Shown here in pieces: positions 50,901 through 63,410 of a stretch of 64,000 nt of DNA. The position numbers were made by a program, and so were the translations under genes. A model generated the notes under the pieces. It was not told the origin of the DNA and did no database searches. It was given only the letters and a program-made list of their open reading frames with translations. The DNA comes from Haliotis cracherodii (Eukaryota), in NCBI RefSeq assembly GCF_022045235.1, contig NW_027266273.1, forward strand, positions 19,840,001 through 19,904,000. Direction: 5' to 3'. Position 1 is the stretch's first letter; every line of letters starts with the position of its first letter.

Positions 50901-53900
50901 CATTTTTCTTAATTTGTTAATACTTGCACTTACAAACATTTACAATGTCAAAATCAATGGACAATTTGACAAATTAATATTGATACGTAGGTCAGTAGAT
51001 TGAAACTTTTCAAGAGAATACTTTGTGACGGCTGAACAAAGTCATAATATATCCAATATCAAATTCAAACACTTTTCAACTGAACTTTATTACAGCAGTA
51101 GGTAAGTGCTAAACAAAATTTATACTCCCACATAACTATGCCATGAATCCATGTCAAATAATATATCAAAACAATGTCAGTTCCCATTTCTGGTGACTGA
51201 AAACTAGACACAAAAAGTTACTCACTGTTTCCTTTCAGCAATTGTCTTGAGCACTAAAGCTCCATGCACCAATAAATAGGAGATTTAGATTTTTGTACAC
51301 ATGCACACAAACTGCAACTAGGAATGTTTAAGAATGCCAGGCTTAAAAGTTCAATTTTTTTACCAAGTAGCCATATGGCTACAAGCATTTTTTTCCCCCC
51401 AGGTAGCTAGTGGAAAATCCAAAGTCGAGCAAATATTATAGGTAACCAAAAGCATTTTAAATTATCTTTTATCAAATAACTTATAACATGGACAAGTCAT
51501 AGCTCTAGTCTTGGAATTGTATAATAGTAGAAACTGTACTTGATTTGTTACTTGTGACGAACAATGATGCAATTAATGTTACCAGAACTGAGATTATATA
51601 GTTATATCCTTGCTTATCCAATGAGCATTGACAACTAAAATAAAATACTAATTACATTAATATTTATGTATTTTGGTTTATTGTCGACTTCGGAGGAATT
51701 ATTTGGGAGTACAATTATTGGCAGACGTGTTTACCAAGACCAGCTGTTATTTATTTTTGTGTATATGTGTAGCATTAGAATTTAGTCACCACAAGACATT
51801 TTTCAAGGTAGACCTTTGGCTACATATGAATTTTAGACACTAGACAAATTGAAATTTAGGTCCAATGGGTTTTTTTAGTCGCAACTTTGAGGCCTAAAAG
51901 CCTTTATTAATTCCAGATGTTCACGTATGTTTGTCTCTGATCACTCACAGAAACATGAAAGTTGAATTGAGATCTTTATACAAAAATATCTTAATGAAAG
52001 GATGTAGTGAATGATGCACATAAAAAATCCTAAATACCTTTGACAAGTACTACTGTGTCGATCCACAAGAATTAACGTGTCAAAATATGTCACCAGCAGA
52101 CAGATGCTATACTTACTTCATTATTTACTACTGTGCTGCCTAATGGTCTCAACACTGCCCTGCTTCCACTGGATACCTGCAACATGAAACAGTAATGAGC
52201 CATAAAAGCTTAGATACCATACCTATTAAGTATCAATACAATGGTTAGAGACACTGTTTTTCAAAGGGATGTCAAAATCATAAACACAATTAGATATGTA
52301 ATAATGAGCCTTTAGATGCGCTCTCCTCAGACTTGGTACAAGTATAATGTGGGGCACAAAGGGAAGAGGTGTTCATGCATTGTACTAGTCTGGACTTAAG
52401 GTTCATTTACTGTGATAGCTCACCGAGACATGCCACTGTTTAACATGGATACCACATACAGACTCCAGTCCTTGTTTTATCCCCTTCATGCAGAGTGCAG
52501 TGATTTTGTGTAAAAGCTGTGTATAGGTCAATGACATGGACCCAATAAATGTAGTAAGACAATAGCAAAAGTCAATGAGTCAAATCAACAAAAATGATTG
52601 ATGAACCATAACAAATCAATGCAATACCATTCGTTATCAAATGAATTTATGATCTGGCCATGAACATCGCAATAAGAAAGTCACTATGACTCCTGACAGT
52701 GTTTCCCTACGATACAGAAAGTATGATGCAAAGACACGCGCTTGTCAGAATTTCAATTACAATGGCTGTGCATTGTCTTATTAAATTGATACTGTAAGTA
52801 GAACTAATCCTCACTATTTACTTTTTAAATTATGAAACGCAAAACACCTTACTCAGCATGCATTTCTATCAATCAGTTTCTGACTACTTAGACCATCTGT
52901 CAAATTGAAATATTATCGGCCAATGACTAGTGACCAACATCCATCTGAAACTCTGGAGTGCTAGACAGGGTAACAAGAAGTATATTTTAATGTCTTTTGG
53001 CATGAACATAAAGCGACAAGGGGATCAAACCATTCACCTACCACTCTGCAGATACTCTATCCACTAGAACAGTGGTCTCAAGTATGAAGTCGGTCAAGTT
53101 TAATCATCTGGGAAGTTTGAGAATGGACCTAGCTTTGAGTTAGATCATAAGCTTCAATGACTTGGACAAGACCTGTATATTTGTTGCATATTTACACATG
53201 TGTAGCCAGGTTTTCAGGGTATTTTGTAAGAGTCAACATTCAAATTATGTCAACCTATGAGTCATTGAGACAAGTGACAGGCACCTCAAAAGATACCACA
53301 GGATTAACTGTCATAGACAAATAGGCCATATCCCATAAACGTTAAATGTCTAAAAATTATCACAGCTCAACTAGGGTGAATAAACACTGATAATCTGCAT
53401 AGGTCAACGGTCTATCAATACAAAGTGATACAACCTTTGCTGCACAAAGAACAAACATACACTGTAAAGTTATTATTATTGTCCAAACATGTCACAAATC
53501 TTTGTTATCAACTTTCAGGTAAAAGTCTTTCGTCAAGGGCATTCGTGTGAGAAGCGAGTGTGACGTCAGAAACCTCACTTTGGATATGCCGGTCGAGGGA
53601 CGAAGGTCATATGGACAGTTCCAATATAATCATGTTTTCTTCAATGACAGTGTATCCACCTTAACGATGAGAGGATATATGCATAGTTTTATCAATGCAC
53701 TAGACTGTCATTTTATAGTATGTGAATATCATGAATAACATGGGCGGTGTTGGGACCGGCAACTAAAAATCATGGCGACTGTAGTAAATGCAGACGAGTA
53801 CGAGCACGAACTCAAATACAAACTGCATATTTAATACCACATAATATTCTTAAAAATACAAATAACGGTGAAATGTACTAACCACAGACCGGGCAGCTGG

Positions 53901-53927
53901 GTGAAGGAACCTTGTGCAAGCAAACAT
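47769..53927 (-). CDS. ATP5MC: ATP synthase F0 subunit c (lipid-binding protein), mitochondrial precursor, 156 aa; complement join(53883-53927,52117-52176,49401-49505,48280-48376,47769-47932)
   Basis: Mature part [75 protein letters not shown]. Presequence [10 protein letters not shown]...[11 protein letters not shown] with the RxFxTS processing motif. Exons total 471 nt. Confidence 0.97.
48280..48376 (-). CDS. ATP5MC: ATP synthase c exon
   Basis: [32 protein letters not shown]|gtaaga. Confidence 0.96.
49401..49505 (-). CDS. ATP5MC: ATP synthase c presequence exon (NAGNAG acceptor, alternative start 49502)
   Basis: tttcag|CAG ATC...IISQ|gtacat; phase 0-0. Confidence 0.8.
49607..49887 (-). 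mobile_element. SINE family D
   Basis: Homology to the 8865 copy. Confidence 0.85.
50270..50491 (-). mobile_element. Retroposon family B, diverged
   Basis: Homology. Confidence 0.75.
52117..52176 (-). CDS. ATP5MC: ATP synthase c presequence exon
   Basis: ttgcag|[20 protein letters not shown]|gtaagt. Confidence 0.85.
53883..53927 (-). CDS. ATP5MC: ATP synthase c first coding exon
   Basis: aaa[18 protein letters not shown]|gttagt; exon acceptor at 53958-53959; upstream non-coding exon donor GTAAG at 54167. Confidence 0.85.
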
Positions 53928-54167
53928 TTTGACAGTTGACTCAGTCTCTCGTCGGGCCTGCAAAATGCCGGTTTCTCATTATTGGACATGTACACGAATC
54001 ATACAAATTCACTAATAGAAAACAACCATGCAACACAAATAGCAATTCCAATAATCACCACAATAGAAATGATTTAAATTTAAATAAAAAAGTATTCCGA
54101 TGGCACAAAATAATTAGCAATTCTGACCGATTCCAAAGAGAGAGCCTGTCCACACAATAACGCTTAC

Positions 54168-54387
54168 CCAGAGGTGAATGAAGGAGACCGATACAGCGCA
54201 TGCGCAAGTATAGTTTCCCGTCGCAACGATATACGAATTTTTGTGATTTAATTTCAGACAGATATATTAATAAATTACGTTGCGATGAAAAACTTAAACA
54301 CCTAAAATAAAAATAACATAAAATAAGTCAGTGTTTTGTTATGATAATTAGATTTCTAAAACGAGGCTGCAGGTACTCGGTGAGCTA
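54168..54387. promoter_or_regulatory. Bidirectional promoter ATP5MC/JAZF1 with NRF-1-type palindrome GCGCATGCGC (54196-54205)
   Basis: About 220 bp separate the ATP5MC non-coding exon donor and the JAZF1 ATG; the motif matches the NRF-1 core. Confidence 0.65.
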
Positions 54388-54487
54388 ATGGCGGTGTTCC
54401 TGGTAAATAACTGTGCATTTCCAGGTTGTGGATTGACATTTACATGCCTTGCAGACCTAATCCAACATATCGAGGATATACACATAG
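54388..54487 (+). CDS. JAZF1: JAZF1 exon 1
   Basis: C2H2 finger; donor gtaaat. Confidence 0.92.
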
Positions 54488-57400
54488 GTAAATCGACTAG
54501 ACCAGAGGACGATCCGTGTCAATCATGCAACATTGTTTCCAAAATTTACAAAAAACATTCCAACGATGCTTTGTTTACATTTTGACACAAGCATGGGTGA
54601 CGCACGTGCAGCTTCCCGCGAGCTGTCAAACTTACAGGTTGTGTATTTGAACTTGGATGATAAAAATCTCTCGTATTATTAGAAAGATCCTTGTTGCTTA
54701 TGCGATATTTTTCTTATTTCATGTTAGATTTTGAAGGCTAATGTAGTTTTTGGCATGTAGATCTAAGACAATAGCGTACCCAAAAACGATGGAAACAGAC
54801 CTACATTATATTTAAAGTTAATATAAAGAAGAATCAGGACAATTGTTTGTGCCCTCTCAGCCGCATTACCGAACGTTTGCAATCTCATCTCTTTAACACC
54901 ACTTAGTGTAGCGGCATGGTTGTTCTTTATTGATTGTTTAATCACGAGTCTATAATGAACCACATCGTTTGGTCAGGATCTGTCAGCTGTCTGTATTCAA
55001 CTGTGACTGAAATTGAAATCATAGCCATGTACTGACCTGCTTTTGCTATCTGACATCCACAGGGGCTTGTTTGACAAAGCAGTCACAGTGCTACAACTGT
55101 TGTAAGTCAGTGTTAGAGTATGGCAGTTGCTATCGTCTTAGCCCTAAGATATCTTTGTGGAATGGTGCCCTGTGTCCTGATCCACAGATGTTCATAGCAT
55201 TACGACCTATCATAACTGTACAGTTTCTTATAGGCTTATGATGTAGTGCTGTGACCAGATTTGTGTATCGTGGGCCCAGGTCGCTAATATGCAGCTACAT
55301 CATTCACGTCTTAATAATAGGATATATTCTACTAAAGTCTGATGCTAATTTTGAAACAGCATTCACAAACTCCTTTAGAGTGCAAATAACAGAGCGACAT
55401 GGAAAACTATTTTTATTTCATTACACCCAACCCTTTCCTTTTGATTTGGTCTAGTGGTAGAGCGTCCGCCCATAGAGCGGAAGGTCCGGCATTCAATCCC
55501 CAGCCACGTCATACAAAAAGACGTGAAAAGATGGTACTTGTTGTTACCCTGTCTGTCGCTCCGCATTAAAGGGCTAAAACAAGGTCGGCTCAGAGTCAGT
55601 ATACTGTGTCTGAGTGGGGTATTCATCTTAAACTGCGGCATAGTATTTCAGTGAGCTAGCACTATTAATCGACATCAGTCCGGACTAGTACAAGCAGACA
55701 CACACACGTGCATGCACGTCGCTATATATAAGTGCAATAATCTTGGACGTGACGTTAAACCCAATTTCACCTCACCTCACCTTTTGATATTTTACTTAAA
55801 AGACCAGTAAAAGGACGGTTCTGGGTGGTTTTAGATCATGCATGATCCAGGAGTGACATCATACCTTTAGATCATGCACAGTTCAATTCTCAAAACAAAA
55901 CAATAGAGCTCCGCACAGCACAGCCGACAATCCAAGCTCTGCGCAAAATAACTAGCTTCCATTAGCGGCAAATTGACGATAAAGCTTGTGTGTTTTCTCA
56001 CGGATGAGTTACAAAGTACTAATTGCACACTTGATTCCTTGCGGCCAGCCTAGTACCTCATCCATGCCGTCACATCTTACACAATCTCGGGCTGGGACGA
56101 GACCAAATTTACTCCCCGGGTACCCGCCCCCCTATTACCCGACCCTACCCGGGTACCCACTACAGGTCTCAAGAGTTGGGAACAAAATGTCTGATTAGGA
56201 ATTGTTTTACGCAGCCTGGCAAGAAGTATTTAGATACATTTATCAAATGATCAGATCAAGCGTTCACTGAAGCTGACTGAAGCTTTATCTTTACTCAAAC
56301 ATATACAAGTCAAAAGGAATGTGTGCATTGCCAGAATGAAATATGAACATTAGCGACTTGTAGTAACCACTGAGCTATAGTGAGTTTTTAAACAATATAT
56401 CAGTGACTAACCACTGGTCTGGGTAGTCCTCTGGGTACCCAGATCCTGCTCAGGACCCACCAGACCCGGTTACCCGAGTTACCTGTCCCAGCCCTAACAC
56501 AATCCATTCAATATATTGCATATGTCTTTCATCTGTTTAACTTTCATTGATAGGATATTCTAAGACATGAAAATCGCTTTCCATTTGCGTATTTCTTCTT
56601 TGTTTACATTAGTTGTATGGCCATCAAAGCACTATGGAGAGCTAGTGATAGATACTTAGATGTATAAAGCTATATTGTCATGCACCTCATTGTCGCAGTC
56701 ATAGCATCATATCTATCTGTATCTCTCACAGAATAAGGAGAGCAGAGCAGAGTAAGCTCAGGAATTATTGGCTATTGTTTGCAAACTATGCTTCAGAACA
56801 GTCGACATAATGGCCCTATAACTAAAAGTTATTAATCTAGTAACATGAAGGGGATGAGATAATTGCTCCAGATCATGTTGCTGTTTTAAACACAGTGACT
56901 CCTTTGTGTTCATATAGTTTCATCTTTTGACCACAGCTGTGCAAAAGAAATGTTGGACTATCCGGAACATCATTGGTTGATCATCCACCAGAATAAGATT
57001 TTTCATTGCAATCTGAAACTGGTTAGAGCTGTTGTGGCACCACGCATTATTAAGGAAAAAACTACAAATACATTCTTACACAAGATTCTAGATTTTAACT
57101 TCAAGCACTGTCTCTTACCATATGCCAGTGAAATATTTAATAAATATATCAGGTCAAACATGTAGTTGACTCAAAACAGCTATGACATCATGAATGTTCA
57201 CGAATATTGCATGGGGACCGGCGCCATGTTTTATTTTGGTTTGGTTTGAGAAAGTTACATGGAGATGAATAATAGTTGGAAAGATGTAAACAAACTTTAA
57301 GTTGAAACTGTATCTTGTCTCAAATATGTATAATGATATGCCTACATATGAAATACATAAATACTTATGAAAATATTTTTGGAACATTACTAATTGTAAA

Positions 57401-60400
57401 TCATTACACTATATATGTTTGTGTTATTCAGCAAAATTATCTGTCCAAATTTGGTTTACCTGCCCTAGAGTGCTTGCACTCCCCGCCTGCAGCTGTCAGG
57501 AGGCTTGGGGTAGGGAATCAGTCTATCTTTATCTATCTGACCTATTTCCTCATACAGCATTCCTCTGCAGTGGGTCTGTCTGTCGAGAGGGATGGGGACA
57601 GGCCTACTGTATATTGCTATGCGGGAAATGTTGACCCAGAATAATTGACGTGTCAGGCTACAGGAGTAAATATGTATAGTATCAGGAAGGTAACTCTCAT
57701 AGAGAAGTCTAGTTCATGGTTAAAAAAACCTGCACTCAAAATCTCATTAAAATCAGACCTTAGTTCTCGCTACTGCTAAACAAAGATCTGAAGACATCCC
57801 ATTAGGGGTCACGTCAGAACGACCTTTCATCAGACCAATCAGAGCGTCGCTTACCAGATTATGAAACTGACAGTCAGAATGTGATTTCTAATCATGCAAT
57901 TTCGAAAACTTTAACACTGGGTATTCCGAACGAAAGTTACGGGTTTAACAACTGAATCCATACAATCTCCCCAGTAGACCATCTATTAGCCATTCCAGAA
58001 TGTTCTTTTGTTTAGGTTTTAAATTTGTAATTGAGAATTTGTCAAAATGTTTCGAAGGGTAGTCGCCAATTTAAATTAGTGCCGTAAAGCTTCCTTTGAT
58101 TGGTCATTCCATTGGTCGGTCAAAGTTTGCGCAAGGTCTGTCTGACCTGACCCGTAATGGGATGTCCTCAGATCTTTGTTTAGTGGTAGCGAGAACAAAG
58201 ATCTGATTCTAATGAGATTGCCTGCACTCACAACGATGTGGGTTGCAATTTTAACAATAACTGCATGTCTCCACTGATCTACTTCATTATAAAATACTAG
58301 TACAACAATGTAGCTATTACTTCAAAAAGAATAATTATCAAAAAAATATTAATAAGTTTGTCACTGCAGATATATCAGTGTCAACGGTATATAACAAATG
58401 TTTCAGGAAGTTATTGTTGTGAAAACATATTACTAAATTTCTTTTCATAAGATGTTTCTTTTTAACTTTTATATGACATAAATATTTAAACTGAAATGTG
58501 CCATATTCTCATTCCTGATTCTGAAGATACCACATGCAATATACCTTGGGTTACACATGTGCGCTTCTAGACAGTAAAGGTACTTGCATCGATAGGTAGG
58601 TATGGTACAAAACTTCTTTGAGCTGTGTTGATCCTGAGGATCAAAGTTATCATGTGTTGATTGTCAGGCAACTATTAAGAGGAGGATGTAAGCATGGTAA
58701 GTACAATGATTTTGCCCACTAGTGTAAGTGGGCAGATCTTCAAATTAGAGATAAGTCAAAGTAGCAACTGTTTCATGATACCATGACTAGCTGTTTGTTG
58801 TTTAATATGGTTAACTGTGTTGTGTAAATACTATTATCATTGTATTGGAACCGCGTGGTAGAGCGTCTGCCCGGAGAGCGGAAGGTCCGGGGTTTGATCC
58901 CTGGCCGCGTCATACCAAAAGACGTTAAAAGATGGTACTTGTTGTTACCCTGTCTGGTGCTCAGCATTTGGGAGCTAAAAGAAGGACTGGTCGGCTCAGA
59001 GTCAGTATACTGTGTCTGAGTGGCGTATTCATCTTAAACTGCGGCATGGTATCTCAGTGAGCTAGCACTATTAATCGACATCAGTCCCGACTAGTACAAG
59101 CAGGCAGGCACGCACACATGCATGCACGTCGCTATATATAAGTGCAATAATCTTGGACGCGACGTTAAACCCAATTGCACCTCACCTCATTGTGATGGGT
59201 GTGGAATTTGAAATAATGTTTACTGGTCCTTTGGCAAAAGAGCTTGTCTGGAGGCAAATTGATCAGGTTCTGATTCAGTGTACAGTGTCTTGCATCTTGT
59301 GTATTGCAATTCATGGGCATTTACGTTAAACCAGGGTGCCTGGGTACTTAAAGCTTTGCTTATCAGCAATCAGTAAAGTTTTCAACCATTGGCACACTTC
59401 TAATGAGTCGTGATCCTCTTTATCAGTGTTCCTTGACATTCAGCTGTCCTCCAACTTCACTAAACAGTCAAGTGCATGAATCATGTGTTCTAAGTAAATA
59501 CCAGAATGTGTATTTTTAATTCTGGTTCCTTGAATTTTTAATCTTGGACAAATGAAGTGCAACCACTGAATCAGACAAGTCAGTAATTGTATTTCTGCAG
59601 CCCTTGTGTCTAGTCATAGTCAACTTTGTATGAAATAGTTGATTATATTTGTTTGAAGCACCAGTAAAGGTTGACTTTTGAGCTTACCTTGACATAGTCA
59701 ATGAGAGCTTATGTTATATGGGTCTTTTTGTTGGCCATTCTGTCTGTCTGTTTTACCAAATGTATATGAAAGAATACTATAGAACTCCTTACTGTGGACA
59801 TGTACCTATGGACAGATAGTCTACTTCTTAGCAGAATTGTATACTACCATACAATCTGATGTTTTTCCAAAGGACGATCTGCTACAGGTATGGTCTCACT
59901 GTGACTGTTGTGACATCATGTTGATCATTCATTTGATGTCATGAAGGGATACTCCCCATGGAGTCCAGGTCACAACAGGTCCTGAGTTTCCCACGTCGCA
60001 AGACTTAACAACTGACTGAAATGAGGATTGGATGGTCACTGTGTGTGATCCAGATCATTTTGTGTTTGTTTGTTGTTTAACGCCAAACTCATCAGTATTC
60101 CAGTTATAGGAGTGCAGCCCGAAATTATCAAGCCTAGTTTAGACATTCCCGTGATTGATATTGTGAACAACGATCCACTCCTTCGGGGTGCGATGACCCA
60201 CAATCAGCCAAGTGAAGGAATCAGATCACCCAATCCGTTTGGTCGCCTCTTATAACCAGCTTAGGCTGCTGGGGACTAATTCTTACCCGGATAACGGGTG
60301 CAGATGATTTTAAGACACAAGTGAGAAACAGTGCATTATTTTCCTTGTTTGATATTTACATTGAAAATCTGTAAAAGACGAAATTAATTTGTCTGCCTTT

Positions 60401-63400
60401 GGCATGTTTTGAAAATGTTACTATCGTAATAAGATTGTTTATTTGTAATGTTGATCTTGATAGTTCATCGTTCCCTTTCTCTAGATACAGACCCTCGTGC
60501 ATTAGAGAAACAAGAACTCCAACAGCCATCAGCACTCGCCCTTAGTTACGTCTTGAGGTAGATAGGACAACCTTTTATCAATGTTGTGTTAGTCATCAAC
60601 TTTGTGTGTGTATTCATGCTGCTTGCGTATGACGTGTGCATTTAGAGGTGACGTTGATGTAATATTTACCGATATATCTAGCCAGGTGCTTTAGGTCTGA
60701 TTGTGTGTTTTTGTTCCGCAGTGTAGATGATTGTTTGCATGGTTGGTCAATGGTCTGTTTCATTCAGATTTGACTGTTTATTGGCAGCCATAACATTAAG
60801 TTGTAAATTACTTACAATGGCTCCACTTAAAATATACATGGTTAAACCAATGATTGTTAAGAGAAAAAAGGCTGTAGCCTCAACATGAAATTGTGAGATT
60901 ACTGACAATGGCACAAAATCATATTTACTCACTTACTTAACATATACATGCTTAAACCAGTAATTGTTTGGAGGGAAAGACTGTAGCCTAAATGTAGCAG
61001 CCATGGTTAATTATTGGCATGATTCAGTGCCAAGTGGTATATAACACGTTTAAGGACATGTCACAATTTTAACGCCTCTGCCAACACACTTTGCTTTTTT
61101 AACTATGCAGTGCTTTGAAACCTCGGGGGTGTCAAATTATCATCTCAATTAGGTCTCCGTTAGCATGTAGACCATCTCTGTGGCCGTGTGGTAGTGTGTC
61201 TGCCCAGAGAGCGGAAGGTCATGGCGTCAATGCCCACCAGTGTCAAACCAAATGGTACTTGCTGTTACCCTGCCTGGCGCTCTGCATTATGGTGCTAAAA
61301 CAAGGACTGGTTTGCTCAGAGTCAGAATACTGTGTCAGTGTTGGGTATTCATGTTAAACAACAGCATGGTATCTAAGTGGGCTAGCATTGTAAAATCAGC
61401 ATTAGTCCAAACTAGTACAAGCAAACACAAGCACACACGCATGCACACACTGTAGGTCAATAAAACTATGGACAAGTACATGTCATCCTTAGGGCGGGGC
61501 TGAGATTGTAAAAGGTCATGAGTGACCTCATTAAAAGGTCAAGGTCATGATGAATGTCTTTCAGAAAGTATCTTTGCTATTTTCACTAAGATGCCCTAGC
61601 TATCATGCAGATATTTTCTTTAATTCTGATGCATGTAGTGATTCTATTATGTTGAATACTTATGTATAACAAGTGATGACAATATTGATATGTCAGTAGT
61701 AGGTCATGGTGATCTGCCTTCCATGAGTAGCACATGCTATATTTTTGTTGTTGAATTGAACTCCATTGAGGGACATCATATGTGCAGGAATATCCAGAGA
61801 CCTTACATTGGTATATGATCTCTGGAATAACCTTCTTATGCTTGATACTAACTGATAGTGAAGGTCAAAGTTCCTGTCAAGGTCATACACCATACACACT
61901 GAAAAATGTGTTATATACAAGAAGGGTATGCTATAGTAGCATCAGTGTCATCCTTTGGAAGTTAAGTAATTGGTAAGGTTTTGTGTACCCTTCATTAAAG
62001 GTCAAAGTCACTGAAATGCTTTGTGTATTGTACAGTCCCACTGTGGTCACTTGACATGTATGTCAGGGCGGTCGGGTAGCCTAGTGGTTAAAGTGTTCGC
62101 TCGTCACGCCGAAGACCCGGGTTCGATTCCCGACATGGGTACAATGTGTGAAGCCCATTTCTGGTATCCCCCGCCGTGATATTGCTGGAATATTGCTAAA
62201 AGCGGCGCAAAAAACATACTCACTCACTGACATGTATGTCATGACAGAGCTGGCACCTCTCTTCAAATAGAAATAATAAGAATATGATTGTCTTAGGTTT
62301 AGGAACATTAGACTGACAGTGATATAAGTTTCTAATCAAGGTAACTAGAGGCATGGGACTTTTTGTTTTGTATTTGTTTTGCATGAGATATATGATTTCC
62401 CAAACCAGAAATGAAAATGCATGTGACTTTCTTATTAACATGTTTAGTTTAGCTAGAAGCATGGAACTTTTTGTCTTAAAGTTGTTTTACATTAGGCATG
62501 TGTTTTGTCAACTTGGAAGTGATGTCGTTAAGGTGGAAGTGCATGCAACTTTCTTATTAGCATGTTAATTTAGCCATGGTAGCTAGAGTTGTGGGACTTG
62601 CTATTGAATGTCTTGCACTGGATGTGTGCTTTCCTAAACCAGAAGTGACGTCATGAAACCAGAAGTGACGTCATGAAACCAGAAGTGCAAAAAACTTTCT
62701 TATTAATGTAGTTTTTAAGTAGCACTGTAGTGGCAGTGTAGTTGGCAACCTTGGCCGTTAGTCCGAAGTCTGAGTTTAATAAACTTTCTTCTGGCCAAGC
62801 AAGATGAGCTTTTACAAGTCAATATATCTGCTGAATATAATGCTAAAATACAAGTTGAGGCAAATGGATTCAGAATGCTTAAACATAGACTGGAAGTGAC
62901 ATGTATTTACACCAACCTAAAGTGATATACTGTAAGTGCACGGAATTTCTGATGTAAATTTGAAAATTTGTTTTCCAAACTGGAAGCGATTGTCAAATTA
63001 GCAGAAATTCATCTATGGCCGTCATTATGTTAGCTGGAACTAGGGTATTTCTAATTGTTTTGAGGTTGTACTGGGCATTTTCTTCACCAAACTGGTGGTG
63101 ATGATTTTGGTGCCTTCTAGAAATGGCGGTGAAGGTGATGCTTCTGTGTTCGGAAGAACTTGCACTTTGATAACATCTAACTGAAACGTTACCTTATAAC
63201 ACAAGATGTTTCTGACAACATAATCTATTCAGTAACTTCTTTGATTCTGACAAATAGATAATTATTTTCCAGCACCTTTACATTTTGTTCTCCGCTTCCA
63301 TTTGTTTAGGTTTTTCACAGAGGCAGCCAAGAAGGAGAATGCCGACCCGTTCAGAAAGAGAGTTCGTCCCCAGTCACCAGCCATGTCCCTCCCCAGCAGC

Positions 63401-63410
63401 ACTCCAACCG
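54388..63410 (+). CDS. JAZF1: Juxtaposed with another zinc finger protein 1, 5' part; join(54388-54487,60485-60557,63310-63410); continues beyond window end
   Basis: MAVFLVNNCAFPGCGLTFTCLADLIQHIEDIHI-DTDPRALEKQELQQPSALALSYVLR-FFTEAAKKE...SSTPT matches the JAZF1 N-terminal C2H2 finger and DTDPRxLEKQELQQP motif. Confidence 0.94.
55445..55781 (+). mobile_element. SINE family C
   Basis: Homology to the 42025 copy. Confidence 0.87.
56087..56496. mobile_element. hAT-type MITE, 8-bp TSD ACACAATC
   Basis: T(C/A)GGGCTGGGAC...GTCCCAGCCCTA termini; internal GGGTACCC motifs. Confidence 0.85.
57739..58220. mobile_element. Non-autonomous TIR element (MULE-like MITE), long TIRs (~70-85 bp), 10-bp TSD CCTGCACTCA
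   Basis: AATCTCATTAAAATCAGACC...GATCTGATTCTAATGAGATTG; TSD at 57729-57738 and 58221-58230. Confidence 0.85.
58849..59188 (+). mobile_element. SINE family C
   Basis: Homology. Confidence 0.87.
60062..60300 (-). mobile_element. Retroposon family B, old diverged copy
   Basis: Homology (GGTCGCCTCTTATAAC, TTGTTTAACGCC). Confidence 0.65.
60485..60557 (+). CDS. JAZF1: JAZF1 exon 2
   Basis: ctctag|DTDPRALEKQELQQPSALALSYVL|gtagat. Confidence 0.93.
61170..61475 (+). mobile_element. SINE family C, diverged
   Basis: Homology; minus-strand relics also near 13570-13720, 52315-52500 and 52955-53080. Confidence 0.75.
62066..62227 (+). mobile_element. SINE family A
   Basis: 14-bp TSD TGACATGTATGTCA. Confidence 0.9.
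63310..63410 (+). CDS. JAZF1: JAZF1 exon 3
   Basis: tttag|FFTEAAKKENADPFRKRVRPQSPAMSLPSSTPT|gtatgt. Confidence 0.88.

Noticed and set aside
53561-53568. CRE palindrome TGACGTCA in an ATP5MC intron, and tandem copies near 62645-62675
   Set aside because: An 8-mer is expected by chance in 64 kb; the latter copies lie in repeat-like sequence.
62066-62140. tRNA-like sequence (GTC anticodon-like loop) at the head of family A; similar heads in families C, D and E
   Set aside because: They continue into SINE bodies with tails and TSDs and occur in many diverged copies; these are SINE heads, not tRNA genes.
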